Assembly (NCBI RefSeq): GCF_009914755.1
Contig: NC_060940.1
From: the human T2T-CHM13v2.0 reference genome, Homo sapiens
DNA: 64,000 nucleotides
Reading direction: 5' to 3' (one strand)
Part shown: positions 58,127 to 64,000 of the stretch, piece by piece
How the letters are laid out: each line of letters starts with the position of its first letter
How positions within the stretch are numbered: the first letter of the stretch is position 1
Notes under the pieces: generated by a model
What the model saw: the letters and a program-made list of their open reading frames with translations, nothing else
The model's database searches: none
Told to the model about the DNA's origin: nothing
Program-made: the position numbers and the translations under genes

Positions 58127-59189
58127 CTCTTTCTGCACATTTGCCATAGATGTAAGCTGCAGGAAGATGAGGAGTTTTGTCTCTATTGTAGACTGCTTTA
58201 TTCCTAGCACCCCAAAATAGTGCCTGCCACAGAGTAGGAGCTCAATTTACGTTTGTTGAATGACTGAGAGAACTGACTCTCAGGGCATCTACTAGACTGA
58301 GTGTCCCCGCCAGGGCAGGAACAGGGCAGCTTTATCAGTCCGGAGCCAGGCTTGGGGAAAACACTCAGTAAATGCTTGGGAAATTGAATCACTTTTTGGT
58401 CCAGCAGTGAAATTTCCTGTGACTCAGTAAATCACTTTAACTAATGAAGGAATAACAATCCCAGAGGAGCAGAAGTTTCAACTATGCAGATTATTTCTGA
58501 GATTTAAAAAGTGACTCTTCAAAGAAATAAGTCCCTGGAGGCTGTTGGCTCTCTATAAAGGCTGACTTTCCACTCTCTTAAGTAGCTCATTTTGGCCCCG
58601 AGACAAGATTCAGTTGGTGGTTTTTAATAAATAACGTTTTTGTATTACAAAAGTAAAATTTAGAAAATTTACAGAAGAAGGAATTACGAAAAAACAACTC
58701 ATTAGCCACAGACAACCAGATAATTCGTAATATGCCATTGTATTAATATTTCTTTCTGGTCATTTTTGATATGTCTGTTTTTATGTGATGCTAAACAAAT
58801 TCAAATGCAATTGCATTGCTGCTTCAGTGAAACAAACATCCATTTCTAAAACGTTCTCCAGTTTCCATGTAGCTTAAATGCTCCAGAGGCGGCTAGTTGG
58901 TGGGGGCTGGGGAGTCTAGATGCGTCTAGAGGGAGAGGGGACAGGACGGGCTCAGAGTGGGGGCCTGGGGTGGGAGGGACACATCCACTGAGAGGGACAA
59001 GGGGACAGCTCGTTCCGGGCAAGGTCGTTCTTGACTCCCAGGACCCAAATGCCCATGTGGACAGTGCTTTAGAGACCGAGTGCAAAAGGAGGACAAAGCT
59101 GGCCACCATAAACCCATTTCCTGGCCTCGGCTCCCAGTTCATCTGCAACTTGCACTTTTCCAATTACAAGCCCCTCTGCAGCCTGGGTG

Positions 59190-60130
59190 GGAAAGCGCAC
59201 CGCTCCCACTGAGGGAGCAGGCTCCGAGCCGGCGGGGCTGGGGACGATGCCGCAGTGGGTATTTTGAAGGGGAAATGATACATCCCGATGGCCTGAATGC
59301 AGTGAGGCCGATTCGGCTTTGTGGTGGCCGCTGATGTCATTTCAGAGAAAGAGCTAAAGGGTTGTTTTGTTTTTCAGGCTGTCTCTGAAATTGTCTCTCT
59401 CTCTCTCCTTTTTTTTTTTAATAAAAAAACTTCTGATTTTATCTGAAAACGGATGTTCCAAACCCCAAACCACCAACCCGGGCTTGCTCGAAGGCCCCTT
59501 CCCTGGTCGGTGCTGGCGCCGGGTGCTGGGTGCAGACTGGGAAAGGCCGGGTCGCTTGGTTCAGTCCACCACAGAGCTCCCAAACCTCGTTCGTGCCGGC
59601 CTGTTGTGGGGCCCAGGAGCTGGGCAGAGGGCGGGAAGACCGGCGAGGGGCTGGCAGGGAGACGTCTGTGGAGGGGGTTCAGCTCGTAGAAGGCAGCCAT
59701 CGTTATCCAAGAATGCCACTGCGTGTGCTCCAAAATTCTGTCTTCCGAGGGCGCGTGGGAGGCTCACCCTTGGCTGACACGCTGGGAACTCAGCGGATGA
59801 TGTCGTCTGGGCTGGCACCCACAGTCCCGATAAACAGGAGAGAGGGAGGGAGAGATGGGAGAAGGGCCCGCCTCCTGCCCGATGGGGCACGAGGGGTTAA
59901 CCGCAGGCCATCTCCAGCCTGGAAGTCCCCTGGACTCTCCTCTGATCCACCCAGTCCTCCAACTGGGGGGTGCGTATTCAGAAAGGACCCTCATTGCCCC
60001 TTTAGCACATTTCCGTTGCCCTCCAAGTCCTCACGCGTTGCTGTCTGCTGGTTGGGTAGACTGTGGTCGGCCACTAATTGGTAGGGAAACGTAATTCTGC
60101 ATTGCCGGTTATCGAGGCCTTACTACGTGG
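59190..60130. promoter_or_regulatory. CpG-enriched non-repeat segment (borderline CpG island; candidate promoter or enhancer)
   Basis: About 49 CpGs by hand count in ~0.95 kb; GGGCGGGAA (Sp/E2F-like) near 59629; upstream G4 motif. Confidence 0.5.
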
Positions 60131-60324
60131 CCAAGTTCAACACTGCTGGCTTTCTATGTGCCATCTCCGTTAATTCACACATCCACGGTGTGGCATGATC
60201 CATTTTCCAGATGAAGAAACTAAGACTCAGAGCTTCAGGTCACCCAGCCGGGAAGCAAGTGAGCTGGGATTCCAGCTGCCTCTGCTGGGCTTCTTTTTTC
60301 CCATTGCCTTCAGGGAAGGGTGAC

Positions 60325-60752
60325 TGTCGTGGGTTAAATGTTTCCCCCCAAAAAGACTTGCTCACATCTGAACCCCCGGTACCCACGAATGTAACCCTAT
60401 TTGGAAAAAGGGCCTTTGCAGATGTCATGAAGTTAAGATGAGGTCATCCTGGATTGACAGTGGGCCCTAAGTTCAGTGCCAAGTATCCTTATGACAGTCA
60501 GAGAAGATGACGCAGACACGGGACAGAGCAGGCCGTGGGGAGACAGAGGCAGAGGCTGGAGTGACACAGCTACCAGCCAAAGAGCACCAAGGTTGGCTGG
60601 AGCCCCCAGCAGCGGGACAGAGGCGCAGAACATATGACCACAGGAGCACCTGGAAAGGACCAAACCCAGCAACAGTTGAATTTGGACTTTTAGCCTCCAG
60701 AACCATGAGAAAGTAAGACTCTGCTGGACTGTGGCACGCACCCGGAACACCC
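60325..60752 (+). mobile_element. MLT1C/D-like MaLR LTR
   Basis: TGTCGTGGGTTAAATG...TATTTGGAAAAAGGGCCTTTGCAGATG...GGACTTTTAGCCTCCAGAAC. Confidence 0.85.
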
Positions 60753-61144
60753 ATCCAGCCGCCCTGAAGGATGCAGGCCTCTCCGCCTTTGGTTCTCCTG
60801 TGCCTCTTCAGGTATGAGGGGTTCCAGCACCAGGCTGGCCCTGGCAGCCGGGAGCCAGGTCAGTGCCTTCCAAACATCCCTGCCCTCCACCACATGCAGG
60901 GGCCTTCCCAAAGGGAGAGGCTGCATTGCTCAAGTCTCCAGCAGGTCCTGGGCACGTGTATGTCCCTTCCTCCTACCCATGCTCATCCCAGGAGAGCCAT
61001 GGCTCAACTATTTGACAAAAACGTATAGCACATCCGTGGGGTGCCAGGCCCCACTGCAGGGCAGAGGACAGTGAACACGACCAAGTTCCTTTCCTTGAGT
61101 GTGTTATGTGGGAGGGTGAGAGAGAGGGAACAATCAATGAATGA

Positions 61145-61346
61145 AGCAAAGAGAGGGAGGAGGAGGGAAGGAAGAAAAGAAGGAAGGAGGGGAGAAGGAA
61201 AAGAAGGAAGGAGGGAAACAAGGGAGGGAGAGAAGAAAGGAAGGAAGGGAGGGAGGGAGGGAAGGGAGGAAGGAAGGAAGGAGAGAGGGAGGAAAGAGGG
61301 AAGGAAGGAGGGAGGGAGAGAGGAAGGAGGGAGGGAGGGAGGAAGA
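61145..61346. repeat. Polypurine (GGAA/GGAG)n tract
   Basis: Directly visible. Confidence 0.95.
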
Positions 61347-61629
61347 CCGTTCCATGCAGTGATAAGCAAAAGGAAGTGAAACCAAGTCTGTGGAAAGGTG
61401 GAGTGTGCTGGGAGGCTGTGGAGGAAGACTGTCGGGTGGGGCCGTGCACTGTGCCCACGTGGAGGCGGGCACCCCAGGGGACCCTGCGCTTGCTATTTGA
61501 CTGGATTCTCACGGCAGCTCTCAGAAATCTGCACCATGACTCCGATTTGACTGATGGAGACCCAGATACCCAGAGAGATTAAGCAGCTCCGGCCAGGCCA
61601 TGGCTTACATTCCAGCTCCCTCTCACTGG

Positions 61630-62487
61630 GTGACAACTGGCTCCCTCTGTCCCCCACGTGGTAAGAAAATCCACAGCCTTCTTTGATTTTGTTCATAAGT
61701 CTTGGGGTTGACTGGACTCAGCCAGCACTTCTCCCTCAGGGTCCTCAGGCCAGGGCAGTGAGACGTGCCAGGCTGGGGCATCTCTCGGGTTCTTCCCTCA
61801 CAAGGCTGGAGCCCAGCTGGGAAGACCCAAAATGGCCGGTGTTGCAGCTGCTGGAGGTTCTCTCTCCATCTTCCTCTCCCCACCTGTCTCCACCTCTCCC
61901 TCTTCCTCCCTCTCTCCACCTCTCCATCTGCCTCTCCCTACCTGTCTCTTCCTCCCTCCACATCTCTCTTTGCCTCTCTCTTCATCTTTCTGTGTCTCCC
62001 TCCATTTCTCTCTTGTCCCTCTCTCTATGTCTCTCTCTCCATCTCTCTGTCTCTCTCTTCATCTCTCCCTGCCTCGTTCTCTCTCTGTGTGTTTCTGTCT
62101 CTCCCTCCACATCTCTCTGTTTCTCTCTCCATCTTTCTGTGTCTCCCTCCATTTCTCTCTTGTCCCTCTCTCTATCTTTCTTTGTCTCTCTCTCCATCTC
62201 TGTCTGCCTCTTTCTCTCTCTGTGTTTGTCTCTCTCTCTACATCTCTCTGTGTGTCTCTCTCCATTTCTCTTTCTCTCTCTCCATCTTTTTTTCTCTCTC
62301 CGTCCATCTTTCTTGTCCCTTTCTCTATCTCTTTTTGTCTCTCTCTCCATTTCTGTTTCTCTCTCTGTGTCTCTGTTTCTCTCTCTCTCTTTCTCTCTCT
62401 CTCTCTATATGTATATATATGTGTGTATATATATATGTGTGTATATATATGTGTATATATATGTGTGTGTGTGTATGTGTGTGTGTG

Positions 62488-62569
<82 letters not shown>

Positions 62570-62800
62570 ATAGGGTGATTGGATGTCTATTGTGGCAGTG
62601 GGAGGCTCCCAGAGTGAGTGTCCCAAGAAACTTGGGCAGAGGTGGCCTGGCCTCTCCTAGCCCACCTGGGAGGTCACACAGCAGCATGTCTGTCATGCCC
62701 CACTCAGGATGCAGCTGCAGAGCCTCGCCCTGTACAGTGGGGTAGGGGTGGGGCTGCCCCTCTCCATGGCAGGAAGGTCACAGAAGGTGCTATGGGTTTT
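61630..62800 (-). mobile_element. Old MLT1-type LTR inflated by an internal ~700-bp compound microsatellite
   Basis: GGGTTGACTGGACTCAGC before and CCCAGAGTGAGTGTCCCAAGA...GGAGGTCACACAGC after the repeat. Confidence 0.55.
61860..62567. repeat. Compound (CT)-rich + (TA/TG)n microsatellite
   Basis: CT-rich 61860-62405; unbroken T-purine alternation 62406-62567 including ~(TG)14 and ~(TA)22. Confidence 0.97.
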
Positions 62801-63394
62801 ACATTCTCCCCAGCTCGGCCCCACCCCATATCATGCTCATCAGCCCTCCCCTTCCCACAGCTTCTCACACCCCCCACTCTCCCCGTCTCCAGCAGGGCTT
62901 CACGTCCACCTGCTTCCCTGAGAGGCAGTGAGATGCTCTTTCATGGAGCGGGCCAGCTGGCATGGCCTCAGAGGCCTCCTCACCACAACTGGGCCTGCTG
63001 GACCCCCGCCCCCTGGGCCGGTCCTCCCCAGCTATGAGAATACAACTGCACACCCAGGAAGGCCAGTTTGGGCAAATTCCCGGGATCCATATTCTTCCTG
63101 AGACATGGCTGCAGAGTTGTCAAACTTCCTGAAGAAATATTTGTTATAACTAAAGTGTATTTTGGGTGTTGGAAATATAAACTTTGGTGCTTGACCAGGT
63201 GTGACCATAGACTAGTCCATAATGGGATGAAATGCACAGTCCGTGGATTTCCACCACAGGTTTATATTTTTAACATTTACAACCAATAAATGTTGGCTCC
63301 AACATCAACAGAAGAAAAGGAAGACCATAAATCCTTCCTTTCCAGTAGTAAAGGGAGTGGAATCCCAGACCATAACCCTTGCTATCATATTTTA

Positions 63395-63560
63395 ATAGCC
63401 ACTGCTAATGGAATGCTTACCACATCCAGATTCTGCACTGAGGTTTTGCATTCATCATCAAAGTGGGTCTTTCAACAACCCCATTATTATTCCCATTTTG
63501 GAGAGAAGAAAACTGAGGCTTAGAGATTGTTAGTCACTTGCTCCAGGTCACATGTTAGCA
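63395..63560 (-). mobile_element. MIR SINE
   Basis: TTATTCCCATTTT...GAAAACTGAGGCTTAGAGA...CACTTGCTCCAGGTCACA. Confidence 0.8.
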
Positions 63561-63930
63561 AAAACCAGAGCCGGCTCAAGAATATCCCTGTCACTAAATG
63601 GACATCCCATATTATCACATCTCTGTCACTGAAGCTTTTCTGTAAGGGGCAGAATATTTCAAAAGCTACACATCCGTTTTCTCTGCAGAATGTGATCAGA
63701 ATGCTGCACCTTCGAAAAAATTATTTGTGACATGAAACTGTGGTACTTGGCTGAGAGTTTTGAGAAAAACAAGAGTTGGTAGGTGGATTTATTTTGAAGG
63801 TTAGCCTTGGACAAGGTTCAAGTGAGCTAGTTCTCTTAGAGAATTCCTTAGACAAGAGGAAAGGAGGAAGAGCGAGTGTCCTTTGTTTCCAGGGAGATTC
63901 TGACCAAGAACACACTAGACAAAACCAATG

Positions 63931-64000
63931 GGCCAGGTGTAGTGGCTCACTCCTGTAATCCCAGCACTTTGGGAGGCTGAGGCAGGCGGATCGCTTGAGG
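63931..64000 (+). mobile_element. Alu 5' end (cut by the window edge)
   Basis: GGCCAGGTGTAGTGGCTCACTCCTGTAATCCCAGCACTTTGGGAGG. Confidence 0.95.

Noticed and set aside
61683-62745. 296-, 326- and 248-aa ORFs
   Set aside because: Read-through of CT, TG and TA microsatellites

Overview
This window looks like primate (very likely human) non-coding genomic DNA, either intronic or intergenic. It is dense in Alu, L1, L2, MIR, MaLR/ERVL LTR and hAT (MER/Charlie) fossils and in simple repeats. I found no credible protein-coding exon, RNA gene or CRISPR array: the long ORFs in the track come from low-complexity or retrotransposon sequence. I cannot identify the locus from sequence alone, and I do not see a novel multi-gene system. 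The best leads are mechanistic or regulatory. (1) A young L1PA2-like insertion with a twin-priming 5' inversion, a 16-bp TSD and two microhomology deletions. (2) A solo LTR carrying four CCAAT boxes at exact 24-bp spacing plus an octamer, TATA and polyA signal. (3) A decayed hAT-Charlie transposase element with seven nested same-strand retrotransposon insertions. (4) Two templated inverted micro-insertions that create hairpins. (5) Two TE-associated minisatellites with higher-order structure. (6) A CpG-rich segment at about 59.2-60.1 kb and several repeat-free, motif-rich blocks that may be enhancers. Repeat subfamily names come from recalled consensus sequences, not from a search; boundaries of old elements are approximate.
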